In this document: positions 30,213 through 41,228 of the stretch, in pieces
Numbering within the stretch: position 1 is the stretch's first letter
Layout of the letters: every line of letters starts with the position of its first letter
Assembly: GCA_963770355.1 (NCBI GenBank)
Contig: CAVYPL010000014.1
Location: 41,370-105,369, forward strand
Direction of reading: 5' to 3'
DNA: 64,000 nucleotides
From: an uncultured Alphaproteobacteria bacterium
GTDB lineage: Bacteria; Pseudomonadota; Alphaproteobacteria; Rhizobiales; Xanthobacteraceae
The notes under the pieces: generated by a model
The model's database searches: none
Told to the model about the DNA's origin: nothing
What the model saw: the letters and a program-made list of their open reading frames with translations, nothing else
Position numbers and translations under genes: made by a program

Positions 30213-30233
30213 GCTGTTGATGGCAACGATGCA

Positions 30234-32330
<2,097 letters not shown>

Positions 32331-32373
32331 GGCACTCTCCCTGGATACTTTGTTCTTGGATTGCTTTTCGAAC

Positions 32374-32415
32374 TTGCGTTGAGTAGCTGCGGTATTTGCG
32401 TTGAGTAGTTCTACT
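32374..32415. promoter_or_regulatory. 13-bp perfect direct repeat (ttgcgttgagtag x2) plus palindrome agtagttctact in the divergent promoter region
   Basis: The repeat copies lie at 32374..32386 and 32396..32408, spaced 22 bp apart. They sit between the fadB/pimF-like start (32330) and the iclR start. Confidence 0.35.
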
Positions 32416-32517
32416 ACTTTTGTTGGTTTCGCACTGCGAAATTAAATTCCACATCTTGACACGGAGGGTTATTTTGAAGCACGTCCCTTGTCAACGAGCT
32501 CGGCAGCAGCAGGTATA

Positions 32518-33387
32518 ATGAAGCGTTCAGGGAAGAAAGTGGCGACAGATCGCAGCTTCGTCGTCGCGCTTTCTCGCGGGCTTGATGTATTGCGCGCATT
32601 CCATCCCAACGACGGGCTTCTCGGCAATCAGGAGATTGCGGCCCGTACTAAATTGCCGAAGCCAACCATTTCCCGGCTGACCTACACGTTGACCAAGCTG
32701 GGCTATCTTACACCCGTTCCACGGTTCGAGAAGTACCAGCTCGCGCCATCAGCCATGGCGCTGGGGTATGCCGCACTGGCCAATCTCGGCGTTCGGCATT
32801 TGTCGGAACCCTACCGGGAAGAAGTCATGCGCGAGACCGGCGGCGCGGTGGCGGTCGGCGGACGCGACCGTCACAGCATGATCTATTTCGGCCAGAGCCG
32901 TAACGGGCTGACGCTGGGTGTGCAGCTCGACGTCGGTTCGCGCATACCGATTGCGACTACCGCGATGGGCCGGGCCTATCTCTGGGCGCTCCCGGCCGAG
33001 GAGCGCGCCACTTTATTGCGCGAGCTGCGCGACCATTACGGCAACAGCCGCTGGTCCCGGATGCGCGACGGCATCGAGCGCGCCGGCGAAATGGTAGCGC
33101 GGCACGGTTTTACGATGTCCACCGGCGAATGGCAGAACGACGTGGCCGCTGTCGGCGTGGCGCTCAGGCTGAACGACGGAACCGGACCGTATGCCTTCAA
33201 TTGTGGCGCGCCCGCATTCCGCTTCCCGGAAGAACGGTTGCGCAACGACATTGGACCTCGTCTTGTGGCGATGGTAAGGAACATCGAGGCGGCGCTTGGC
33301 GGCGCAGCCCCACAATCCAAAAAAGAAGAAACCAAGAAGTTGAAAGCAGGAGGGAAAGTTGCACGTTTGGTCGAGGGGATCAGGTAG
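32518..33387 (+). CDS. IclR family transcriptional regulator
   Basis: ORF 32488..33387, with the ATG at 32518. It has an N-terminal wHTH (SFVVALSRGLDVLRAF...LGNQEIAARTKLPKPTISRLTYTL) and a C-terminal IclR effector domain. The start is uncertain. Confidence 0.85.
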   Translation: MKRSGKKVATDRSFVVALSRGLDVLRAFHPNDGLLGNQEIAARTKLPKPTISRLTYTLTKLGYLTPVPRFEKYQLAPSAMALGYAALANLGVRHLSEPYREEVMRETGGAVAVGGRDRHSMIYFGQSRNGLTLGVQLDVGSRIPIATTAMGRAYLWALPAEERATLLRELRDHYGNSRWSRMRDGIERAGEMVARHGFTMSTGEWQNDVAAVGVALRLNDGTGPYAFNCGAPAFRFPEERLRNDIGPRLVAMVRNIEAALGGAAPQSKKEETKKLKAGGKVARLVEGIR

Positions 33388-33456
33388 CCTTCATCATGAC
33401 CAGCGAAGAATTTCGCGCGGTCATTCCCGCTCCATGAATTGCGTGGGCGAGACGAG

Positions 33457-34255
33457 ATGACGCAGGCACAGCTCGCGCAGGGAAATGCTCCCCTGCTTGC
33501 GGTTCGCGACGTCAGCGTCGTGTTCGGCGGCATCATCGCGTTGAATGGCGTGTCGTTCGACATGCACCAGGGCAAAATCCTCGGGCTGATCGGGCCCAAC
33601 GGCGCCGGCAAGACGACGTTGTTCAATTGCCTCTCCAGAACTCTATCAGCCGAGCTCCGGCGACATCTTGATGGAAGGCCGCAGCATCCTGACGCGTCCA
33701 CCGCACCGGATCGCCGAGATCGGCATCGGCCGCACTTTCCAGAACGTCGCACTGTTTCCCAACCTCTCGGTCATGGACAACGTCCGGGTTGGCACCCACT
33801 CCCGCACTTCCAGCGACATCATCTCGGACTCGCTGAAGCTCGCCTGGGTTCGCCGCGGCGAGGCCGACGTCAACAAGAAGGTGCATGAGATCCTGGCCTA
33901 TCTGGATCTCGAAGAGGTTGCCCACACCATCGTTTCGGGACTGCCGTTCGGCACCCAGAAGCGCGTCGAGCTGGCCCGCGCGTTGGCGGCCGATCCGAAA
34001 ATCCTGCTGCTCGACGAGCCCGCCGGCGGTCTCAACCACGAAGAAGTTCATGTGCTCGGCGATCTGATCCGCCGCATTCGCGACGAGCGCCACATGACCG
34101 TGCTGCTGGTCGAACATCACATGGGTCTGGTGATGTCGATTGCCGACCACGTCGTCGCACTCAACTTCGGCCGCAAGCTTGCCGAGGGAACACCGGCCCA
34201 GGTCCAGGCCGACCCGGATGTCATCAAAGCCTATCTGGGGAGCAAGGACCAATGA
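33457..34255 (+). pseudogene. HAAT-family ABC transporter ATP-binding protein (LivG-like) interrupted by a +1 frameshift
   Basis: ORF 33439..33888 carries Walker A (GPNGAGKTTLFNCLSR) and then goes out of frame. ORF 33668..34255 carries the rest of the protein. Deleting one A from tccagaActc (33639..33640) restores ...CLSRLYQPSSGDILMEGRSIL... Confidence 0.8.
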
Positions 34256-34965
34256 CCGCGATGCTCAACGTCAAGGATCTCCGCGCCTATTACGGCCAGG
34301 TCCAGGCACTCCACGGCCTCTCCTTCGCCCTCAACGAGGGCTCGCTGACCACCCTGCTCGGCGCCAACGGCGCCGGCAAGACCACCACCTTGCGGGCGAT
34401 CTGCAACATGGTGCGTTCCACCGGCGCGATCGAATTCGAGGGCAAGCCGCTCTCCGGCCGCTCCACCGAGAACGTCGTCCGCCTTGGCATCGCGCATGTG
34501 CCGCAGGGCCGCGGTACCTTCACCACCATGACGGTGGAGGAGAACCTGCAGCTCGGCGCCATCACCCGCAACGACAAGGCCGGCGTGGTTTCCGATATCG
34601 AACGCATGTACCAGCACTTTCCGGTGCTGAAGGAACGACACACCCAGCAGGCGGGTACGCTTTCGGGCGGCGAACAGCAGATGCTGGCGGTTGCCCGCGC
34701 ACTGATGCTGCGGCCGCGGCTGATGCTGCTGGACGAGCCGTCGTTCGGCCTTGCGCCGCTGATCGTGCGCGACCTGTTCAAGATACTCGGCAAGATCAAT
34801 CGCGAGGACAAGGTCACGATCCTGGTGGTGGAGCAGAACGCGCAACTGGCGCTCGAGCTCGCCGACCAGGCCTATGTGATCGAAACCGGACGGATCGTGA
34901 TGTCGGGCAATGCCAAGGACATCGCGAACAACGAAGACGTCCGCAAATCCTATCTCGGTTATTGA
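34252..34965 (+). CDS. HAAT-family ABC transporter ATP-binding protein (LivF-like)
   Basis: 237 aa with an ATGA overlap with the upstream gene. Walker A GANGAGKTT, the signature LSGGEQQML and Walker B LMLLDEPS are present. Confidence 0.9.
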   Translation: MTAMLNVKDLRAYYGQVQALHGLSFALNEGSLTTLLGANGAGKTTTLRAICNMVRSTGAIEFEGKPLSGRSTENVVRLGIAHVPQGRGTFTTMTVEENLQLGAITRNDKAGVVSDIERMYQHFPVLKERHTQQAGTLSGGEQQMLAVARALMLRPRLMLLDEPSFGLAPLIVRDLFKILGKINREDKVTILVVEQNAQLALELADQAYVIETGRIVMSGNAKDIANNEDVRKSYLGY

Positions 34966-34975
34966 GGAGCCGGCC

Positions 34976-35854
34976 ATGGAGCTTTTTACCAACCAAGTGC
35001 TGGCCGGCATCGCCACCGGCGCGATCTATGCCTGTATGGCGCTCGCCGTTGTCATGATCTACCAGGCGATCGACCATCTGAATTTCGCCCAGGGCGAAAT
35101 GGCGATGTTTTCCACCTTCTTGTCCTGGCAGATGATGCAGTGGGGCATTCCGTACTGGGGCGCCTTCGTGCTGACGCTGGCGCTCTCCTTTGTCGGCGGC
35201 ATCTTGATCGAGCGCCTGCTGTTCAAGCCGCTTGCAAAAGCGCCGGTGCTGACCAACGTCGCCGGCTTCATCGCGCTGTTTGCCATCGTCAACAGCGTCG
35301 CCGGCCTGATCTGGGATTTCACCATCAAGCAATATCCGACGCCGTTCGGATCTTCCCCCTTCCTCGGCAGCCAGCTGATCTCGACGCACCAGGCCGGCAT
35401 GATCGGCGTCACCGTGTTGCTGCTGATCCTGCTCTTCATCTTCTTCCAGTACACGCGGATGGGCCTGGCGATGCGGGCGGCGGCATCGCTGCCTGAATCG
35501 GCAAGGCTCGTCGGCATCAACACCTCGTGGATGATCGCACTCGGCTGGGGCATGGCGGCCGCCATCGGCTCCATCGCCGGCATGCTGATCGCGCCGGTGG
35601 TGTTCCTGGAGCCGAACATGATGGGTGGCGTGCTGATCTACGGATTTGCCGCGGCCGTGCTCGGTGGCCTGACCTCGCCGCTCGGCGCCGTGATCGGCGG
35701 CTTCCTGGTCGGCGTCTTCGAGAATCTCGCCGGAACCTACATTCCCGGCGTCGGTAACGAGTTGAAACTGCCGATCGCGCTTGCGCTGATCATCACCGTA
35801 TTGGTCGTCAAACCGGCAGGCCTGTTCGGCCGGCCCATCGTGAAGCGAGTTTGA
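34976..35854 (+). CDS. HAAT-family ABC transporter permease (LivH-like)
   Basis: 292 aa from the ATG at 34976 (MELFTNQVLAGIATGAIYA). Multi-TM. Confidence 0.85.
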   Translation: MELFTNQVLAGIATGAIYACMALAVVMIYQAIDHLNFAQGEMAMFSTFLSWQMMQWGIPYWGAFVLTLALSFVGGILIERLLFKPLAKAPVLTNVAGFIALFAIVNSVAGLIWDFTIKQYPTPFGSSPFLGSQLISTHQAGMIGVTVLLLILLFIFFQYTRMGLAMRAAASLPESARLVGINTSWMIALGWGMAAAIGSIAGMLIAPVVFLEPNMMGGVLIYGFAAAVLGGLTSPLGAVIGGFLVGVFENLAGTYIPGVGNELKLPIALALIITVLVVKPAGLFGRPIVKRV

Positions 35855-35856
35855 TC

Positions 35857-36873
35857 ATGAGCGCTGTCGAAGACGTCGTCAACGAAGCCCCGGCCGTCGA
35901 GGCTGTTCCGAAACGCGCCATGACACTCGGCTACGGCACATCGCTGGTCGTGCTGGCGCTGCTGATCCTGGTGCCGCTGGGCGTAAAGAACTTCATCATC
36001 TTCCAGCTGACGATGTTGCTGATCTACGGCCTGGCGGTTCTCGCGCTGAACATCCTGACCGGCGGATCCGGCCAGTTCTCCCTCGGCCAGAGCGCGTTCT
36101 ACGCGGTCGGCGCCTATACGTCGGCGATCCTGATGGAACACGCCAACATGAACTACGCGCTGACGCTCCCGATCGCGGGCATCATCTGCTTCGGCTTCGG
36201 CTTCCTGTTCGGCCAGCCGGCGCTGCGCCTCTCGGGGGTCTATCTTGCGCTCGCAACATTCGCACTCGCGACCGCCATGCCGCAGCTGCTCAAGCTCGGC
36301 TTCTTCGAACACTGGACCGGCGGCGTGCAGGGCCTGGTCGTGACCAAGCCCGATGCGCCGTTCGGCCTGCCGATGTCGCAGGACATGTGGCTGTATTACT
36401 TCACGCTGGCGATCACCATCGGGATCTATATAGCCTCGGTCAACCTGCTGAGATCCCGCTCCGGGCGTGCCTTCATGGCGATCCGTGACAACGAGATTGC
36501 GGCATCCGCCATGGGCGTCGACGTCGCGCTGTACAAGACGCTGGCATTCGGCGTCAGCGCCGGCATCACCGGCGTTGCCGGCGGTCTCGGCGCCATCGCC
36601 GTGCAGTTCGTGGCCCCGGACGGCTACACCATCACGCTTGCGATCTCGCTGTTCCTTGGCATGGTCGTCGGCGGCGTCGGCTGGCTGCCGGGATCGATTA
36701 TCGGCTCCGCCTTCATCATCTTCGTGCCGAACATCGCCGAGGGAATTTCCAAGGGACTCTCCGGCGCGGTGTTCGGTGTGCTGCTGTTCCTTGTCATCTT
36801 CCTCGTGCCGCACGGCGCCAGGCAGGTCGCGATCGTTGCCCAGCAACTGATCGGCAAACTCAAGAAAAACTAG
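35857..36873 (+). CDS. HAAT-family ABC transporter permease (LivM-like)
   Basis: ORF 35851..36873. The start is either the ATG at 35857 or the overlapping TTG at 35851. Multi-TM, with the motif GQFSLGQSAFYAVGAY. Confidence 0.85.
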   Translation: MSAVEDVVNEAPAVEAVPKRAMTLGYGTSLVVLALLILVPLGVKNFIIFQLTMLLIYGLAVLALNILTGGSGQFSLGQSAFYAVGAYTSAILMEHANMNYALTLPIAGIICFGFGFLFGQPALRLSGVYLALATFALATAMPQLLKLGFFEHWTGGVQGLVVTKPDAPFGLPMSQDMWLYYFTLAITIGIYIASVNLLRSRSGRAFMAIRDNEIAASAMGVDVALYKTLAFGVSAGITGVAGGLGAIAVQFVAPDGYTITLAISLFLGMVVGGVGWLPGSIIGSAFIIFVPNIAEGISKGLSGAVFGVLLFLVIFLVPHGARQVAIVAQQLIGKLKKN

Positions 36874-36888
36874 CTTTAAGGAGTGACC

Positions 36889-38118
36889 ATGATTTCCCTG
36901 CCAAAACCAAGAATCGCCGCGCTCGCGACGGCGGTCGTTGCCTTCGCTGCAATGAGCGGAAGCGCGCTCGCCCAAAAGAAATACGACACCGGCGCAAGCG
37001 ATACCGAAATCAAGATCGGCAACATCATGCCCTACAGCGGACCTGCCTCCGCCTACGGCGTGATCGGCAAGACCGAGGAGGCTTACTTCAAGAAGATCAA
37101 CGCTGAAGGCGGCATCAACGGCCGCAAGATCAACTTCATCAGCTATGACGACGGCTACAGCCCGCCGAAAGCCGTCGAGCAGGCGCGCAAGCTGGTCGAG
37201 AGTGACGAAGTGCTGGTGGTGTTCAATCCGCTCGGTACCCCATCGAACAGTGCGATCCAGAAATATCTCAACGCCAAGAAGGTGCCGCAGCTGTTCGTCG
37301 CCACCGGCGCCACCAAGTGGAACGATCCGAAGGACTTCCCCTGGACCATGGGCTGGCAGCCCAGCTACCAGAGCGAAGCGCGCATCTACGCAAAATTCCT
37401 GATGAAGGAAAAGGCCGACGCCAAGATCGCGATCATGTATCAGAACGACGATTTCGGTAAGGACTACCTCAAGGGCCTGAAGGACGGGCTTGGCGCCAAG
37501 TCGTCGATGATCATTGCCGAGGAAAGCTACGAGACCTCGGAGCCGACCATCGACAACCACATCGTCAAGCTGAAGGCCACCGGTGCCAACGTCTTCATCA
37601 ACATCTCGACGCCGAAATTCGCAGCGCAAGCGATCAAGAAGATCGCCGAAGTCGACTGGAAGGTGATGCACATCGTCTCCAACGTTTCGGCCTCGGTCGG
37701 CAGCGTGATCAAGCCGGCGGGCTTCGAGAATGCGCAAGGAATTCTCTCGGCCGCCTACGCCAAGGACGGTGCCGACTCGCAGTGGGACAATGATCCCGGC
37801 ATGAAGAAATTCTATGCCTTCCTCGAAAAGTATTATCCCGAAGCCAACAAGCTCGACGGCTCCGTGGTGTTCGGCTACGGCGTGGCGCAGACCATGGTGA
37901 AAGTGCTGGAGATGTCTGGTGACGACCTCACCCGCGCCAACGTCATGAAGCAGGCGGCCAGCCTGAAGGACTTTGCGCCGGACACGCTGCTGCCCGGCGT
38001 GAAGATCAACACCTCCGCCACCGACTTCGCCCCGATCGAGCAGCTCCAGATGCAGCGGTTCAAGGGCGAGAAATGGGAACTGTTCGGCGACATCATCAGC
38101 GGCGAACTAAGCAACTGA
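36889..38118 (+). CDS. periplasmic substrate-binding protein (LivK/Peripla_BP_6 type), tandem paralog 1
   Basis: AAGGAG lies 5 nt upstream of the ATG at 36889. A signal peptide ends in ALA-QKKYD. Shares the motif DTEIKIGNIMPYSGPASAYGVIGK with the other paralogs. Confidence 0.9.
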   Translation: MISLPKPRIAALATAVVAFAAMSGSALAQKKYDTGASDTEIKIGNIMPYSGPASAYGVIGKTEEAYFKKINAEGGINGRKINFISYDDGYSPPKAVEQARKLVESDEVLVVFNPLGTPSNSAIQKYLNAKKVPQLFVATGATKWNDPKDFPWTMGWQPSYQSEARIYAKFLMKEKADAKIAIMYQNDDFGKDYLKGLKDGLGAKSSMIIAEESYETSEPTIDNHIVKLKATGANVFINISTPKFAAQAIKKIAEVDWKVMHIVSNVSASVGSVIKPAGFENAQGILSAAYAKDGADSQWDNDPGMKKFYAFLEKYYPEANKLDGSVVFGYGVAQTMVKVLEMSGDDLTRANVMKQAASLKDFAPDTLLPGVKINTSATDFAPIEQLQMQRFKGEKWELFGDIISGELSN

Positions 38119-38127
38119 TCTTTTTTT

Positions 38128-38176
38128 TGACGCGTTTTCTTAACGCGAACCGGTACCCACTTCGCTCGAAAACGCT
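38128..38176. repeat. intergenic repeat (ttgacgcgttttcttaacgcgaaccggtacccacttcgctcgaaaacgct)
   Basis: It begins 10 nt after the paralog-1 stop. It is near-identical to the 3' halves of the repeats at 60174..60271 and 61924..62021. Confidence 0.65.
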
Positions 38177-38228
38177 CTGATATATTCGGTCCCGCGGGCA
38201 GTTAGCCTCCAGGATCAGACTAATTACC

Positions 38229-38262
38229 GCCCCCCGCGACATCATCGCGGGGGGCTTTTTGT
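38229..38262 (+). terminator. rho-independent terminator
   Basis: A perfect 11-bp stem gccccccgcga / tcgcggggggc with a 5-nt loop, followed by TTTTT. Confidence 0.75.
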
Positions 38263-38362
38263 TGCTGGGTGCAGCCGAAAGGTATTCAATGCCTCCAGGA
38301 GCCGCCAAGCGCTCCAGATCCAAAAAAAATGACACATCCACCGTGATCCCAGGGAGATCAAA

Positions 38363-39592
38363 ATGCCTGCTATCAATTTGCGATTGGGGGCCTTTTCGGC
38401 TGCCCTCGCATTGCTTGCCGCGACCAGCAGCGGTGCTCTCGCGCAAAAGAAATACGACGTTGGCGCCACCGACACCGAAATCAAGATCGGCAACATCATG
38501 CCCTATAGCGGACCCGCTTCCGCCTACGGCGTGATCGGCAAAACCGAAGCCGCCTACTTCAACAAGATCAACGCCGAGGGCGGCATCAACGGCCGCAAGA
38601 TCAACTTCATTTCCTACGACGACGCCTACAGCCCGCCGAAGACGGTGGAGCAGGCGCGCAAACTGGTCGAGAGCGACGAAGTCCTGTTCATCTTCAATCC
38701 GCTCGGCACCCCGCCGAATTCGGCGATCCAGAAATACATGAACACGAAGAAGGTCCCGCAACTGTTTGTCGCCACCGGCGCCACCAAATGGAATGATCCC
38801 AAGGAATTCCCCTGGACCATGGGCTGGCAGCCCAACTACCAGAGCGAATCGCAGATCTACGCGAAGTACATCCTGAAGAACCATCCGAACGCCAAGATCG
38901 CCGTGCTCTACCAGAACGACGATTACGGCAAGGACTATCTGAAGGGCTTCAAGGATGGATTAGGCTCGAAGGGCGCCTCGCTGATCGTCATGGAGGAAAG
39001 CTACGAGGTTTCCGAGCCCACGGTCAACTCTCACATCGTCAAGCTGAAATCGACCGGCGCCGACGTCTTCTTCAACATCACGACGCCGAAATTTGCAGCC
39101 CAGGCGATCAAGAAGAACTCGGAGATCGGCTGGAAGCCGCTACACTTCCTGAACAACGTCTCGGCCTCGATCGGCAGCGTGATCAAGCCGGCCGGATTCG
39201 AAAATGCGCAGGCCATCATATCGTCAAATTACTTGAAGGATCCGACCGACGCGCAATGGAAGACTGACAAGGGTATGATCGCCTGGAACGAATTTCTGGA
39301 TAAATATTATCCGGAAGCCAACCGCGCCGACGCCTCGGTGATGTATGCCTACACCGTCGCCCAGGGCATCGTGCATGTGCTTAAGGCCTGCGGCGACGAT
39401 TTGACCCACGCGAATATCATGAAGCAGGCGGCTAGCATCAAGGATCTCCAACTGGGCGGCCTGTTACCCGGCGTCAAAGTCAACACGTCAGCGACCGATT
39501 TTGCCCCCATCTCCCAGCTCCAGTTGATGAAGTTCAAGGGCGAAACGTGGGAGCTGTTCGGCGACATCATCAGCGCCGACGTCGGAGGCTGA
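38363..39592 (+). CDS. periplasmic substrate-binding protein, tandem paralog 2
   Basis: 409 aa with a GGGAGA RBS and a signal peptide ending ALA-QKKYD. Colinear with paralogs 1, 3 and 4. Confidence 0.9.
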   Translation: MPAINLRLGAFSAALALLAATSSGALAQKKYDVGATDTEIKIGNIMPYSGPASAYGVIGKTEAAYFNKINAEGGINGRKINFISYDDAYSPPKTVEQARKLVESDEVLFIFNPLGTPPNSAIQKYMNTKKVPQLFVATGATKWNDPKEFPWTMGWQPNYQSESQIYAKYILKNHPNAKIAVLYQNDDYGKDYLKGFKDGLGSKGASLIVMEESYEVSEPTVNSHIVKLKSTGADVFFNITTPKFAAQAIKKNSEIGWKPLHFLNNVSASIGSVIKPAGFENAQAIISSNYLKDPTDAQWKTDKGMIAWNEFLDKYYPEANRADASVMYAYTVAQGIVHVLKACGDDLTHANIMKQAASIKDLQLGGLLPGVKVNTSATDFAPISQLQLMKFKGETWELFGDIISADVGG

Positions 39593-39631
39593 AGACCAAG
39601 GTTAACGTTCGGAAATGTCTACTAAAGAAGT

Positions 39632-39666
39632 AGCCCCTGCGGCTTTGCCGCAGGGGCTATTTGTTG
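39632..39666 (+). terminator. rho-independent terminator
   Basis: A 12-bp stem agcccctgcggc / gccgcaggggct followed by atttgttg. Confidence 0.7.
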
Positions 39667-39773
39667 TGACGTCCCGGGCAAAATGGTAACCACACCCTCA
39701 AGTCAAAAGAGCCTTCGATCAAGGAGGCCATGACATCACATGTTTATATCGTGGAAATTGAGGGAGAAACGTA

Positions 39774-41003
39774 ATGCCCGTTATCGCCAACAGATTGGCC
39801 ATAGCTTCGACTGCATTTGCCTTGTTCGCCGTGTCCTCCAGCGGAGCGCTGGCTCAGAAGAAATACGACAGCGGCGCCACCGATACCGAAATCAAGGTCG
39901 GCAACATCATGCCGTATTCGGGACCTGCCTCCGCCTATGGCGTGATCGGCAAGACCGAAGCCGCCTACTTCAAGAAGATCAACGATGCCGGCGGCATCAA
40001 CGGCCGCAAGATCAATTTCATCAGCTATGACGACGCCTACAGCCCGCCGAAGGCGGTGGAACAGGCCCGCAAGCTGGTCGAGAGCGACGAGGTGTTGCTG
40101 GTGTTCAATTCGCTCGGCACGCCGTCGAATTCGGCGATCCAGAAATACATGAACTCCAAGAAAGTCCCGCAGCTGTTCGTCGCTACCGGCGCGACCAAGT
40201 GGAATGATCCCAAGGATTTCCCATGGACCATGGGATGGCAGCCGAACTACCAGAGCGAAACGCAGATTTATGCGAAGTACATTCTGAAGAACAAGCCGGA
40301 CGCCAAGATCGCGGTGCTCTACCAGAACGACGATTACGGCAAGGACTATTTGAAGGGCCTCAAGGACGGCCTCGGCGCCAAGGCGGCTTCGATGATCGTG
40401 ATCGAGGAAAGTTTCGAGACCTCGGAACCAAGCATCGACAGCCACATCGTCAAGCTGAAGTCGACCAATGCGGACGTGTTCATCGATATCGCCACGCCCA
40501 AATTTGCGGCGCAGGCGATCAAGAAGATCGCCGAGGTCGGCTGGAAGCCGCAGCACTTCCTCAACAACGTGTCGGCCTCCGTCGGCAGCGTGATCAAGCC
40601 GGCCGGCTACGAGAACTCGCAAGACATCATCTCTGCCGCCTATCTGAAGGATGCTTCCGACAAGCAGTGGGACAACGATCCCGGCATGAAGGAATTCTAC
40701 GCCTTCATGAGCAAGGACTTCCCTGAAGGCGACAAGCTCGACGGCGGCACCGTGGTGGGCTTCGGCGTCGCCCAGACCCTGGTCCAGGTGTTGAAGCAGT
40801 GCGGTGACAATCTCACGCGCGAAAACGTCATGAAGCAGGCAGCGAGCCTGAAGGATTTCCGTACCGAGGTCCTGCTGCCCGGCATCAAGATCAACACCGG
40901 CCCGGCCGATTTCGCCCCGATTTCCTCGCTCCAGCTGATGAAGTTCAAGGGCGAGAAATGGGAACTGTTCGGCGACGTCATCAACGCCGATGCGGGCGGC
41001 TAG
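39774..41003 (+). CDS. periplasmic substrate-binding protein, tandem paralog 3
   Basis: 409 aa with an AGGGAGA RBS and a signal peptide ending ALA-QKKYD. Confidence 0.9.
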   Translation: MPVIANRLAIASTAFALFAVSSSGALAQKKYDSGATDTEIKVGNIMPYSGPASAYGVIGKTEAAYFKKINDAGGINGRKINFISYDDAYSPPKAVEQARKLVESDEVLLVFNSLGTPSNSAIQKYMNSKKVPQLFVATGATKWNDPKDFPWTMGWQPNYQSETQIYAKYILKNKPDAKIAVLYQNDDYGKDYLKGLKDGLGAKAASMIVIEESFETSEPSIDSHIVKLKSTNADVFIDIATPKFAAQAIKKIAEVGWKPQHFLNNVSASVGSVIKPAGYENSQDIISAAYLKDASDKQWDNDPGMKEFYAFMSKDFPEGDKLDGGTVVGFGVAQTLVQVLKQCGDNLTRENVMKQAASLKDFRTEVLLPGIKINTGPADFAPISSLQLMKFKGEKWELFGDVINADAGG

Positions 41004-41017
41004 AACACGGCTTGGGC

Positions 41018-41062
41018 GTGATCTGACCGAAAAACCGGTATCTTTTTTTCGGGATCGTGCTC
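41018..41062. repeat. intergenic repeat related to 11005..11047
   Basis: Sequence gtgatctgaccgaaaaaccggtatctttttttcgggatcgtgctc. Confidence 0.5.
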
Positions 41063-41089
41063 TTAATTCGTAAATTCAATCGCGTGATT

Positions 41090-41121
41090 GCCCCTTGCGA
41101 TACCTTCGCAGGGGGCTTTTT
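41090..41121 (+). terminator. rho-independent terminator
   Basis: An 11-bp stem gccccttgcga / tcgcagggggc (one G-U pair) with a 5-nt loop, followed by TTTTT. Confidence 0.7.
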
Positions 41122-41228
41122 CTTGCGAACATCTTATTCCCCTGTATCAATGCGGACCAATCAGAGGCCTGACCGACAAGAACTTTGCGCGCCCCGCGCG
41201 CCAAAAACCTCAAAGGGAGTTTTTCGAA

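Noticed and set aside
35737-37737. A 666-aa minus-strand ORF spanning the livM-like gene and binding-protein paralog 1.
   Set aside because: It crosses an intergenic region and two well-supported plus-strand genes. Its composition is low-complexity and Arg/Asp-rich.
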